A stretch of 64,000 nt of DNA from Azolla caroliniana (lineage: Eukaryota > Plantae > Polypodiophyta). The notes beneath the pieces were generated by a model. It worked only from the letters and a program-made list of their open reading frames with translations, ran no database searches and had not been told where the DNA came from. Each line of letters begins with the position of its first letter. Position 1 is the first letter of the stretch. The DNA is taken from assembly GCA_043228905.1 (NCBI GenBank), contig JBHGNT010000014.1:5084001-5148000 (forward strand). Direction: 5' to 3'. Made by a program: the position numbers and the translations under genes. This document shows, piece by piece, positions 12,900 to 25,300 of the stretch.

Positions 12900-14992
12900 T
12901 GTTAAGCGGACAAATTCAACATGATCCGGATCGGCTGAATAAGCCATGAGTCGGATCGGTGTCTGGATTTGAGTGTAATCGGTAGGCTATTAGAGGCCTA
13001 TGATCCTAGCCTAGTACGTAGGCATATTTTTAGGAGTTAGTGTCAGTCGCTTGGTACGAGCATTGAAGTACATGTAAGTACTTCTGTCAGTCCTTTTATT
13101 GTATGTACAATGTGTTTATAATTTTCGAAAGAGAGTTTACGTTCTACTCTCTCTGTATCTCCCGTGTATTGTGTATTCTCAAGCTGAGCCGGTTTATCTA
13201 TGCTTCCGCACATTAGCTTTCACATGGTATCAAAGTGTGAGGGTTGAAAATCCTTTGCTGCCAACAGAAAGCACTACATAGACGAAAACCTGACTTCCGG
13301 TAAAGAATAGATAGAAGAAGGAAATGGACATAGGAATGGCTTGCTCGCTTCCGTCAGAGAAGCTCGACAGAAGCAACAATGCATCTTGGTTCTACAAGAT
13401 GCACCAGTACCCTTTGGGGCACGGTTACTGGAATTATGTCGAAGGAGGAAACAAAGTAGTGCCGGAGCCAGCACACAAGGACTTCCGGGCATGGGAGCAA
13501 GGAGCGAGCATATTGTTGTACTGGCTCGTGTCCTGTGTGCAAGGTCAAATGCTCAGCTATATCAAGGATGCAAAAGCGCTGAAAGAAGCTTGGGAAAATC
13601 TAAAGAAGATTTTCTCCGCAATCACCACGACTGGGAAGTTGTAGCCCCGACAAGAGCTCAACAACATCTAACAATGGGATATGTCGGTTATCGACTATAC
13701 CACCAAAATAAAGGAGCTCAACGATGCCCTAGGGTCCATCAATGTGACGGTGGATGAGGAAGAGACGGTCCAGATCTACCTCGGTGGTTTAGCGCAAAGG
13801 TACGAACCTATGCAGATGGTAATTTGCACTCAAGAGAAGCCACTACCCTTCTTCGACTTGCAATTGATGCTGATAGTCGAAGAAAACCATGTGAATGGAT
13901 AGAGGACCACTCAATCAGATAGTCAGATGTTGTACACGGAGGTGGATCAGCGAGTGGTAGAAGAAGCGCGCCGATTCAGATAAATCCGGATGGGCAAGGC
14001 CAGACAAGGGAATCGACAGAGCTCGCACTACGCCGAAGGATCAAAAGGATTTGGAACCAGAAAGAAAGGAAAAGGGACAACCTTCTTGATGAAGCACAAG
14101 GTAGACTTGAGTCAAAATAGGTTGTATTGGAACTGCCGAAATTCAATGGCTGGAAGGCCCAAATTTTTTGAAGCCTACCAGCTATGGAAGCAACACCAAC
14201 TTCCATTCCCCAACGAGTAGCGACAGTGGCAGAGTCAAGAAGGACAAGGACGACCGGAACAAGAATGCCTAGACCCGGACATGGTTTAATGTGGTAAAGG
14301 GCCTGGAAGATGAGGACGAATTGGAGACAACCAATTCAGACCAGAGCTGGAACGAATCAAATGCATCTGATTCAAAAGAGTTGTTTGATTTGGAGGAGCC
14401 GAATCAACTGAAGGCCAAATGGATGAGAAGGTAGTGGAAATCGACATCGACATGGAGCAACTGACGGGTCCAGAAGTGCCGAAGTCATAGCAGGGTGAAA
14501 TCATGTGAATGGAAACACTATTATAGCTAACATGTAGCTAAAATGGAAAATTGTAAAGATACATATCATTTATTATGGGGATGGAAATATTACCATTTAT
14601 GGTCCACATTTTAACTAGTCTTTATTTGAGACCACATTCAAATAATCCCTAAAATTGCCAAAATATGTAAATTACATGCATATTTTTGCATAGCTAATTC
14701 ATTATGTCAAGGACACAACTAATTGTTCTCATTCCCATGCTTTCACCCAACAGTGAAGGAGTTGTGATAGGCCTTATGAGTAGACAAGACAATCGAGAAG
14801 ATTGAGGTGCGTGGAACCAGACAGGTTGAGGAGCACAAGCAAGGCTGGAAGACGTCAGGAGGAGCCAGAGGGAAGGACCAGCAGACACTAACACCACGAT
14901 CCGACCTCAAGTTGAGCTTCAGGGGGAGTGTTGAGCATAGAAGCTAAACATGATCCGGATCGGCTGAATAAGCCAAGAGCCAGATCGGTGTC
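12900..14992 (+). mobile_element. Internally deleted copia-B element
   Basis: 5' LTR 12900-13224; PBS 13225; gag 13324-13960; short INT and 3' remnants; PPT ~14921; truncated 3' LTR 14929-14992. Confidence 0.85.
14493..14748. mobile_element. Putative MITE
   Basis: ~28-bp imperfect TIRs (GGGTGAAATCATGTGAATGGAAAC / GTTCTCATTCCCATGCTTTCACCC) around an AT-rich core; no clear TSD. Confidence 0.55.
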
Positions 14993-15107
14993 CTTTCTGG
15001 CGACAATACCAGCATTCCCCATTTCAGCCTTCCCTTGCCGATTTCCAGCACTGCCATGCCTCGCCCTACTTGTGGAGGGTCCAAAACTGTTGTTGGCATG
15101 TCGATTA

Positions 15108-18100
15108 TGTACAAAATAGTACTCGGCCTCTACCAAGTCTCAATCTCTCAATAAAAAAATAGAATAGAAATAAAGATTAATGCACTTCCACAAAATGAGA
15201 CAACACAGTATATTTACATGGAAAACCTCAAGAGGCAAAACCACAAGAGTTCGCAGACTCCGAACAGGTCGATTATAGGGTAGAGGTACTACAAAGTGAG
15301 ACTCAGAGGCAACAACCTCGAGCTCTGTCTTCGCTAGTCAACAGTTACAACAGAAAAGCTTTATGTATCTCTCTCTCTCTCTCTCTCTCTCTTTACCTCT
15401 CTCTCTATACAATGATAATGATACCAACAACTAGAATAACAAATTAACACACCAACAGTATTGCCCTAGTTATATTTATAGTTATATAACGTTATTTACA
15501 AATGTGACCTCAACAGTCACATTGGAACATATACATATACTAATATGTCTGGCCGGATACCAAACCGGATCCATTTGGTCTGATTCCTTCCTTCGGCTCG
15601 TCCGGTTCTCCTCTAGAGGGACCGAATTCCCAACAAACTCCCCCTTCACTCTAGCATGGGATGTATTGTCAATCTGATCCGTTTCTGGCACACATCCAGC
15701 TTCTTAGTTGACAACACCTTGGTCAACATATCTGACCCGTTTTCCTCTGTATGGATCTTCATCAGCAAAAATTATTTATCTTCTACCTTCTCTGGAGCTA
15801 GTGATATCTTCTCTGGATGTGCTTGGTCCGGGACTGGTAGGCCTTATTCTTTGCAAGGTGGATGGCACTTTGACTGTTATAGTAGAGTCGATATTCCTCC
15901 TGTCGAATCCCTAACTCTCCAATGAAGTCCTTCATCTAGATTACTTGTCGGCTTCTATAACCGCCATGTATTCCGCTTCCGTTGTAGACAATCCCACCGA
16001 TTTCTGCAGTCTTGACTGCCATGATACCGTTCCCCCTACATAGGTCATCATGTATCCGGATGTGATACGGTTGGTATCTACATCAGCTGACATGTTCCCT
16101 TCCAATAGGGGTTTACCCGAGCCAAACCAGAGGCACATGCTTGAGGTGTCTTTCAAGTACTGGACTATCCACTTGACGACGGCCTAGTCTTCTCTTCCCG
16201 GATTGCTCATGAACCGGTTGACCACTCTGACTGCGTATCCAATATCCGTTCGTGTACACAACATTGCGTACATCAAGCTTCCAACTATAGGGGCATATGA
16301 TACCTTTTTTATCTCCGCTTTCTCTGCCTTTGTCTTCAGACTTTGTTTTTCCAGACAGTTTGCAATTTGTCGGGAGTGTCGACCTGACCGGCTTGGCATC
16401 CGACATGTTGAACCTTTGAAGCACCTTTGTCACATACTTCTCTTGTGACAACCACAACAGCTTCTTAGTCCAGTCCTGGACTATGTGCATTCCCAATATT
16501 TGTCTTGCCAGACCCAGATCTTTCATTGAGAAGGTCCAGTTCAAAGCCTTCTTTAGATTCCCGATTTTGATTTGGTCCGGTCCGACGATTAGCATGTCAT
16601 CCACATACAACAGAAGTATCAGGAAGTTTCCTTCGTCGAATTTCTTCACGAACACGTAGTGGTCGGCCTGCTTCTTGTGATATCCTTGGTCGGTCATGAA
16701 GAAGTCGAACTTCCGGTACCATTACCGAGGAGCTTGCCATAGTCCGTATAAGCTCTTCTTCAACTGGCATACTAGGTTCTCCTTCCTTTTTGTTGACGAA
16801 TCCCTCCGGCTACTGCATGTACATCCCTTCTTCGAGGTCGCCATGTAGGAACGTCGTCTTGACGTCTAGTTGCACTACCTCGGGGTCCATGCTTTGCACT
16901 ACCTCAAGGTGCATGCTTGCCACTATGCTCAACATTGTCCTAATGGATGTCATCTTGACTACTAGGGACAAGATCTCATCGAAATCCACTCCTTTCTTAT
17001 GTTGGAAGCCCTTCACCACAATGTGGGCTCTGTACCTCGGTGAATTTCCGGCGTCTCCCGGTTTCCGCTTCTACACCCACTTGTTTTGGAGTGCTCTCTT
17101 TCTGTTCGAAAGCTCCGTCAATTCATATGTGTGTTTCTCATGCAAGGAGTCCATCTCATCATGCATGTCACTTACCCACTTGTGGTTGTGGGTGTCTTTA
17201 TTTGCTTTTTCGAAGCTTTGCAGCTCCCCCTCGTCGGTCAATAAAACATACATCTGGAAATCTCCGAGGGGTCCTCTCTGTTAGAGGGTATCTAGGTCCT
17301 TGGTTTTTGACAACCGGCTCCTCTGTCTATTCTTCACCCGAATCTGATTCGGGGTCTTGTCTGGTTCTGGTGTCCGATTCTTCTTCTTCGGTCGATTTGG
17401 TTCTTTGTCCCAATCCGGCCAGTTCATCATGGTCTTCCGTTGACATCCAACATCCGACCGGATGTGTCCTAGCATCTTCCAACCAATTTTTGTCGGTCGA
17501 CCCGAAGTCCACTATCTTCTTCTCCGACTCCCAATTGACAATGGTCATGTCGTCCATGAAGACTATGTCTCGACTTCAGAAAACCTTCTTGTCGTCCAAG
17601 TCCCACACTCAATACCCGAACTCATCATCGTCATATTCAAGGAACGGTGAATTCGGGGTCTTCGGCATGGTGAATTCGAGCCAGATTCCCTTTGACCGAC
17701 AATACTCCTCGAACTGTCCCCGGTATTCGCCTCCATAGTGTGCCCCAACCACCTTCATCTTCCGGTTGGTTTCCCTTTCCACGATCATGTGGAATTCCTT
17801 GAAGACGGATGATACCTGGTTCTTCGTCTTCAATGGTGAGACTCGGAGTTGACCACCCATGTTGTCTCGTCACTCAAAAAGTGCAACTCATTTTCCTTGG
17901 TGATGAGAAGCAATTCTTCTTCACTTGTCGCAATTACTGATGTTACTTTCAGATCAGAACTCCTCCGGTTCAGACCCTTCTTTGAGTCGGGATTGTCGGT
18001 TCCTTTTTCCTTCCAAAAGTGTCAGCAATTCTTTTGGAAGTGTCTCAGCTTCCCACAGTAGAAGCACCTAGGCCACCCTCTTGACTTGGAGCTCGTCCCT

Positions 18101-19298
18101 GATTGTCTGATTCCGGCCTCTTCCTCGGTTATTGTCTTCATCCGTAACCAAAGCCTTCGGATTGTTTCCAGATTCCCGGTCCTTCTGGCGAGCTTCTTCA
18201 TCTACCAAGCTCCATTTTACCCTTGCTAGGGATAGTGTTTCCCTTCCGGCTTGGCGTTGCCCAAAGTTACAACTAGCGTCTCCCAACTATCTAGGAGGGA
18301 ACCGAGCAGCAACAGCACGAGTACCTCGTCAGTTAGAGGTACTTCCAACGAGGTATTTTGGTTTATAAGCCCTTGGAAGGCATTCATGTGCTCTGTTATA
18401 CTTGCGTCATCTTGGTGTCAGAGTCTCATTAACTTCTAGAATACTGAGACCTGATCCACAACATTTTTACTCTCCAATATGGTATTGATTTTCACCTAGA
18501 GCACATGAGCCTTACTTTCTTCATTGAAGTTGTTGTACAGACTCATCTCGATGAAGCATCTTATGTATGTCGTCGTCTTCATATGCATCACCTCCCAGGT
18601 CACGACATCAATATTGTCTAGTCTTTTGTCTCCAAACTGTACCAGCAGCTAGAGATCTTTAACCACCAACATGTCTCTCATCTTCGACTTCCACAGTGGG
18701 TAGTTGGAGCCGGTGAGCTTGAACATGCCGCCGAAAGAATCTTCCATTTTCTTTCCTTTGTTGTTTGTTCTGATACCAATTTGTACGAAATAGCGCTCGG
18801 CCTCTACCGAGTCTCAATCACTCAATAAAAAAAATAAAGATTAATGCACTTCCACATAATTAAATGACACAATATGTTTACGTGGAAAACCACCAGAGTT
18901 CACAAACTCCGAACAGGATGAGGCAACGACCTTAAGCTCTATCTTCGCTAGCTGGCGGTTACAACAGAAAAAAATTTGTATCTCTCTCTCTCTCTCTTCG
19001 TCTCCCTCCCTCTCTCTTTATACAATGATAATGATACCAACAACTAGAATAACAACTCAACACACTAACAGTATTGCCCTAGTTATATTTATACTCATAT
19101 AACTTTAGGGTTATTTACAAATGTGACCTCAACAGTCACATTGGAACATATACATATACTAATATGCTTAGCCAGATACCAAACCGAATCCATCTGATCC
19201 AGTTTCCGGATATCTTCCGGATCCATCCAGTCCGATTCTTTCCTTCAGCTCGTTTGTTTCTCTTCCGGATTCCATTTGGAGGAACCGAATTCCCAACT
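15108..19298 (-). mobile_element. Degenerate Ty1/copia family A-related element with both LTRs
   Basis: LTRs 15108-15635 and 18782-19298; PBS TCTGATACCA 18769-18778; PPT ~15636-15647; RT LLLYVDDML; imperfect TSD GATTA/GATTT; internal deletions. Confidence 0.9.
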
Positions 19299-20504
19299 GA
19301 TTTTCTGCTCTTGTTAGCTGCCACCATTGTGTGCCAATCCACCTTGTCCTCCACGACCACATGGACGATCCACCTCCATGTACAACATCTGGATGTCTGA
19401 TTGTGTGCTCCTTGACACACCGGCGTGGTTCTCTTCGACCATAAGCATTTGACTACAGGTCGAAAAACGATGGTGGCTTCTCCCTTGTGCAGATACCCGT
19501 CCGGATCGGCCCGTACCTTTGAGCTAGACCACCGAGGCAAATCTGTACCATTCCGTCCTCGTCCTCCATCACATTGATGGACCCCAAGGCATCACAGATT
19601 TCCTTGATTTTGGAGGTTTAGTCTGTCACTGTCATATCCCTCTATCGGATATTGTTGAGCTCTTGACGGAGCTGCAATTTCCGGGTTGTGGTACTTGTGG
19701 CGAAAATCTTCTTCAGATTTTCCTAGGCCTCCTTCAGCATCTTCACACCCCGAATGTAGCCCAACACCTTGTCGTGCACACAGGATGCAAGGCAGTAAAA
19801 AACTCTACTTGCTCCTTGCTCCCATATCGAAAAATCCTTGTGTGCCAGTTCTAGTGCTACTTCATTTTCTCCGTGGATTTAACTCTAGTAACCCTGCCTA
19901 AGTAGGTAGTGGTGCATCTTGTACTCCCAAGATGCGTCGTTGTGTCTGTCCAACTTCTCTGTCGGAAGAGAACCACCCATTCCTCTATCCATTTTCTTCT
20001 TCTCTGTTCTTTTCCGAATATTCGGGTTTTTCTGTGTTGAACGCTTGCCGGTAGCAGAGGATTCTCAAGCCTCACGCTCTAACATGGGACAAATGTGGAG
20101 GCTCACACTTCACACATTATACTACACATGTTGCACCCATAGAATGAACCATACGTATCATACGTGCATTCGCATTTGAGAATTATTCAATCAAACGTGT
20201 ATGGTAAATCATCTCAAAGTTGGATTGGATTGACTAGGGTCTATATTATAAATTGATTCACTCTCAATCCTAATAAGTGGACACTAATCCATTGTGAACC
20301 ACCAACATAAGTATGGTTGCAATATTTGCATTGTATCACATGCATACTTTTGGGATGCGAATCAAGACATCTCTATCATCCTCAGTTTAGAACTTTACAA
20401 AAGAATGAGTATGAACTATAGAGATTGAATCAAAATATGTCATTATAAATTATAATCAAACGTTCAAAAACTCATAAAACGTATATTTGAGAATTTGAAG
20501 AAAA

Positions 20505-21005
20505 CATGACATAGGCAGTATTAGCATAACAACTTACCACTAGGGTGACCTAATTTCTAATAACAAAGAAAGAAAGAAAGAAAGAAAAAGGAACATGACA
20601 CTAACATAAAATTTTGCCATGACATAGGCAGTAGTAGCATAACAACTTACCACTCAGGTGAGCTAATTTCTAATAACAAAGAAAGAAAGAAAAAGAAGAA
20701 AAAGGAACATGACACTAATAAGAGGATATGAGAAAGTTGGGAATTGAACCCAAGACACGAGTAATAGTAACACAACAACTTACCACTAGGTTGTGCTTAG
20801 TTGTAACTTATAATAATAATAAATAAAAGAAAAAAATTATTATAACACTAACATAAAATTTTGCTATGACATGGTACTAATGAGAGAGACAAATGAGAAA
20901 ATTGGGAATTGAACCCAAGACATAGACAAGAATAGCGTGACTCCTTACCACTAGGGTGAGCTAAATTGTAATGATAATAAATGAAAAAGAAAAAGAAAAA
21001 TAAAG
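20505..21005 (-). repeat. Tandem cluster of tRNA-derived SINE-like heads
   Basis: Four related units. Two show an A-box (TAGTGGTAAG) and B-box (GGTTCAATTCCC) on the minus strand (20739-20800, 20904-20964), flanked by GAAA/A-rich tracts. Confidence 0.55.
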
Positions 21006-21099
21006 GAGCATGTATTTTTCCCATTTCAAACGTGTTCGTTTCCAAACGTTGGAATGCTTGCACGAACACGAATATTATGTTCTATGGTTGCACCTAACT

Positions 21100-21560
21100 A
21101 CAAAACCATATTCTTTGCAGAATGGGGAAATCGTACACATCGATACATATTAGAGCCCATATCGTTATCTATCATTTGAACCATTGCTTGCATGCGACTT
21201 AGCTCACATGCATTGCGATGTGAGATAGGGTTTTGGGGCACAAGTGATGAGAGTGGTCGGCTATGTACACTTTGCCCTAAACAAGTTCGCGAGTCTGAGT
21301 ATCACACTTTGATACAATGCTCTACCTTTGTTAATATTCGACCATGCTTTCCACATCTCTTCGATGGAGCCCAATCCTTGCATGAATTCCTCTCACAACC
21401 ACAATGTGCACTCTCGATTGCAACATTCATTGATAAAGTTCTTGAACATCGAGAGTCACTACTCACTTTCACAAATATCACGTGAAATGTAATATTTTTG
21501 GTCTCATAGGTCATATTTGACCTCCGAAGATGATAATATAATTTATCTATCAATCAATCA

Positions 21561-21596
<36 letters not shown>
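21100..21596 (+). mobile_element. LINE 3' end fragment with (ATCT)n tail
   Basis: RLSSHALRCEIG…CTLC…ESEYHTLIQC (C-terminal CCHC of ORF2), then a short UTR and an ATCT microsatellite 21545-21596. Confidence 0.78.
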
Positions 21597-21597
<1 letters not shown>

Positions 21598-21602
21598 ATA
21601 CC

Positions 21603-21955
21603 ATGTCGAACAGAAGGGGAAACTAATGAACATCTTGCATGTTCCGAGAATCACGAAGAACTTGGTGTTGATCAGACATATTGTTCACCAAGGAATGCAG
21701 GTCTGGTTCACACAGCTCAGATGGTTCATCGAAGAAGAAGACCAGATCATCACGCAAGTGCACCGAGAAGGGAGGATGTTCATTCTCAACACAAACGACG
21801 TCGGCACTGCAATGTTTGCCAAGGGCAAAAAGGTCGATTCGGATGTCGACTTGTGGCATAAGCAGATCGGCCACGTCTACTATGAAAGGCTTCAAGAGTT
21901 GCAAATGAAACAAGTTGTGTTCGGTTTGCCGAAGCTCAATGGCCGGAAGGCCCAA
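21603..21955 (+). mobile_element. Copia-B pol fragment, left part (continues at 55637)
   Basis: LHVPRITKNLV…DLWHKQIGH…GRKAQ; reading resumes as VCEA…GKQHRLPF after 55641. Confidence 0.88.
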
Positions 21956-22322
21956 TGTTGATGAGTGGGGGTGGAGCCAAGAACGGCTCCACCCCCTTCC
22001 CAAGGGGGTTGAGCATGAGGAAGAGAGAGAGAGAGAGTAGGAAAGAGAGAAAGAAAGATATGTTAATGTCTTCTAAGGCCAAATTTGGCCCATGAGACAA
22101 TTGGTTTACAACAAAATGAGTATTTATCCAGTCATCATAACTAAAATAAAATAAAGTAAACATAGAACTTAAGCTAAAAGTGTTCTAGTAGTGTACAATA
22201 CGTGGTATACTTGATAAAGGAAGTGACTTTACACTAATCCTACTTTTATTTCCACCCAAGCCTCTCGAAAAGAAGTGGGGGGTCGAAGGGTTTTGATGTG
22301 GGTGTGACCCGTGGTTCCAATG

Positions 22323-25300
22323 TGTTGGGATTACGGTCCCTCCGGATGGGATGTCCGGAGATGAATGACGGCAAGCCCGGTTGCGGTTACGGAACCGGAT
22401 GATGAAGAGTACCCGGCATAAAGCCGGATGACGAGTACCCGGTTACGGATCCGGATGCTGAAGACCCCGGTTACGGAGCCGGATGCTGAAGACCCCGGTT
22501 ACGGAGCCGGATGACGAATGTACCCGGAGAGAGATTCGGATGCGGGGACATATTTGTGAATATGTTTGCTAAGAGCCCTTGAGGCTATATTTGTAAATAG
22601 CCCGAAAGTCATATATGTATAAATATGACTTAGGGCAAACAGTTTTATGTTGTTGCTCACTTTTATGAGAAGTGAGAGCAGCCAAGAGAGAGAGAGAGAG
22701 AGAGAGAGAGACGAAGAGGTCGACGCCTCTGTGTATTACCGCCGCCTGTGGCGAAGACAGTGAGCTCAAGGTTGTTGCCTTGTAGCTTCACCATTGTACA
22801 TCCCTGTCGATAGTGATAGTTGGAGTTAGAGGACTCCCGTGGTTTTTCCCATTTAGGGTTTTCCACGTAAAACACTCTGTGTACTCTTCTCTCTATAGTC
22901 TTCGTGAACTTTGTATTTTCTTGTTTTCTGGAGTTTATCCTATTCCTCAGTTGTGGCCGAGAGTTGGTTTGCAACAAGTGGTATTAGAGCGACGGTAACA
23001 CAGAAAATGGAAGGCGGCGGTAGTGGGCCTCCGGGCATGATGGTGCTGAATGCGCAGAACTACGCCGACTGGAAGATCAAGATGGAAGATCTTCTGATTG
23101 TTCGGGACCTGTACGAACCGATTGACAGGTCGGAAATACCGAAGGGGGTACTTGAGTCGGAGTGGAGGCTTCTGAACCGGAAAGCCGTTGCAACCATTCG
23201 GCAATACGTCGACGTGAGCGTTCTACAACACGTGGCGAACGACACCAACGCATATGAGATGTGGAGGAAGCTGTCGGGCCTCTACGAGAGGAAGAATGCG
23301 TTGAACCGGACCTCCCTGATGAGAAAGATAGTGAACCTCAAGTACCGGGACGGCGAGAGTATGGTGGAACACGTGAGCACGTTCATGGGATTCGTGAACC
23401 AGCTTGCGGCGATCAAGTTCCCGTTGGAGGATGCAATGCAAGCCATCATCCTGATGTGTACTTTGCCGGACAGCTGGGAGAACTTGGTGGTGACTCTCAG
23501 CACCTCCTGCACCGAAGATAACTTGTCCCTACAAACGGTAAAGACAAGTATTTTGAACGAAGAAGCGCGTCGGAGAGATAAAGAACCGGTCTCCGACTCG
23601 AAGGCGCTGCTTACCGAATCGGAACGGGGAAGACAATGGAACCGGAGTCCGCAAAGACGGGAGAAGTCGGGGACCCGGTCGCAGTCAAGAGGAAGGCCAA
23701 CATGTTTCCACTGTGGGAAGCCGGGGCACTTCCGGAAGAATTGTCGGCATTACCGAAAGGACAACGGAGCCGACGACACCGATTCGAAGAAGTCACCGGA
23801 GAGAAACGGTGCATACCGGGGAGCCACGGACCGGAGAGGTTCGGATCGGCGAGGGCAGGACCGGAAAGGAACGACGGCACTCGCGGCAAGTGAAGAAGAG
23901 ATAATGCTCATTACCGAAGAGAGGGAGCTGAACCTTGCCGGTGTAGAGATGACCTGGGTGGTCGATTCCGGAGCGTCGTTCCACTTGACCCCGGAGAAGA
24001 AATACTTCTCATCCTACACAGCCGGTGAGCACGGCTTTGTCCGGATGGGAAATGAAGGTACATGCCGGATTGCCGGCATAGGAGACGTGTGGCTGTTAAC
24101 ATCAACCGGATGCAAGATGCTGTTGAAGGATGTGCGACACGTTCCGGAGGTCCGATTGAACCTGATCTCGGCCGGGAGGCTAGATGATGAAGGCTACACG
24201 GGTAGCATCCGGAACGGTGTCATGAAGTTCAGCAAAGGGAGCCTAATAATGGCTCGGGCCCGGAAAGACAACACACTGTACCTGATGAATGCCCGGTTAT
24301 ATCCGGAAGAGCTGAATGTGGCAGCCGACACTGCCGGTGAGCTGTGGCACAAGAGACTGTGCCACATGAGTGAGAAGGGGATGAAGAGGCTTGCAGAAGA
24401 CAACCTTATTCCGGTGAAGCATGTGCACCTGGAGAAGTGCACCGACTGTCTGGCCGGTAAGCAAAACCGGACCTCCTTCCACTCAAGGCCACCGACGAGA
24501 CGTAGCGCACCATTGGAGTTGGTGCACACTGATGTGTGTCAGGTAGAAACGAAGTCACATGGCAGAGCCCAGTACTTCGTGACTTTCATTGATGATCACA
24601 GCCGGAAGCTGTGGACGGCGCCGTTGAAGACAAAGGACCAAGTGTTGTTCGTCTTCAAAGAACTCCACGCGAGAGTGGAAAGAGAATCCGGCAAGAAGCT
24701 GAAAGCGATACGAGCGGATAACGGAGGGGAATACCGGGGGCAGTTCCAGGAGTACTGTCGCTCGAAGGGAATCCGGCTCGAGTTTACTGTGCCGAAGACG
24801 CCGGAACTGAACGGGCTGGCCGAGAGGATGAACCGGACCATAATGGAGAGGGTCCGGAGTATGCTGGCGCATGCGAAATTACCCAAGGGGTTTTGGGCTG
24901 AGGCAATGTCGACGGCGACATACGTGATAAACAGATCACCCTCAGTACCTTTGGACGGAGACACGCCGCAGAAAGTGTGGACCGGTAAGGAAGTGTCCTA
25001 CCGGCATCTGAAGGTGTTCGGGTGTCTCGCTTACGTGCATGTGGCAAAGGACCGGAGAGGAAAGCTAGATCCAAAGACCCGGCCATGCATATTCCTCGGT
25101 TACGGCAACGACGAGTTCGGCTACCGAGTATGGGACCCGGTCGACAAGAAGATATTCAGGAGTCGAGACATCATCTTCATGGAGGACAAGACACTCGCCG
25201 ACTTGGAGTCGGAGAAGAAGATGAAGAGCTCCAAGTCGACCGGTGAGGATAAACTCTACGAGGAGCAGTCCCGACCGGCAAGGGACCGGTTAGCACTCGA

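Larger units (their letters stand above)
12771..20084 (-). mobile_element. Minus-strand copia-B 5' internal fragment (PBS-gag-PR) split by two nested insertions
   Basis: Pieces: protease SGASNHM 12771-12899; gag zinc-knuckle region 14993-15107; gag and PBS remnant 19299-20084. Confidence 0.78.

Noticed and set aside
22911-23006. Signal-peptide-like N-terminal extension of the 1391-aa ORF
   Set aside because: Non-ATG start inside LTR U5/PBS; the plausible start is ATG 23007.
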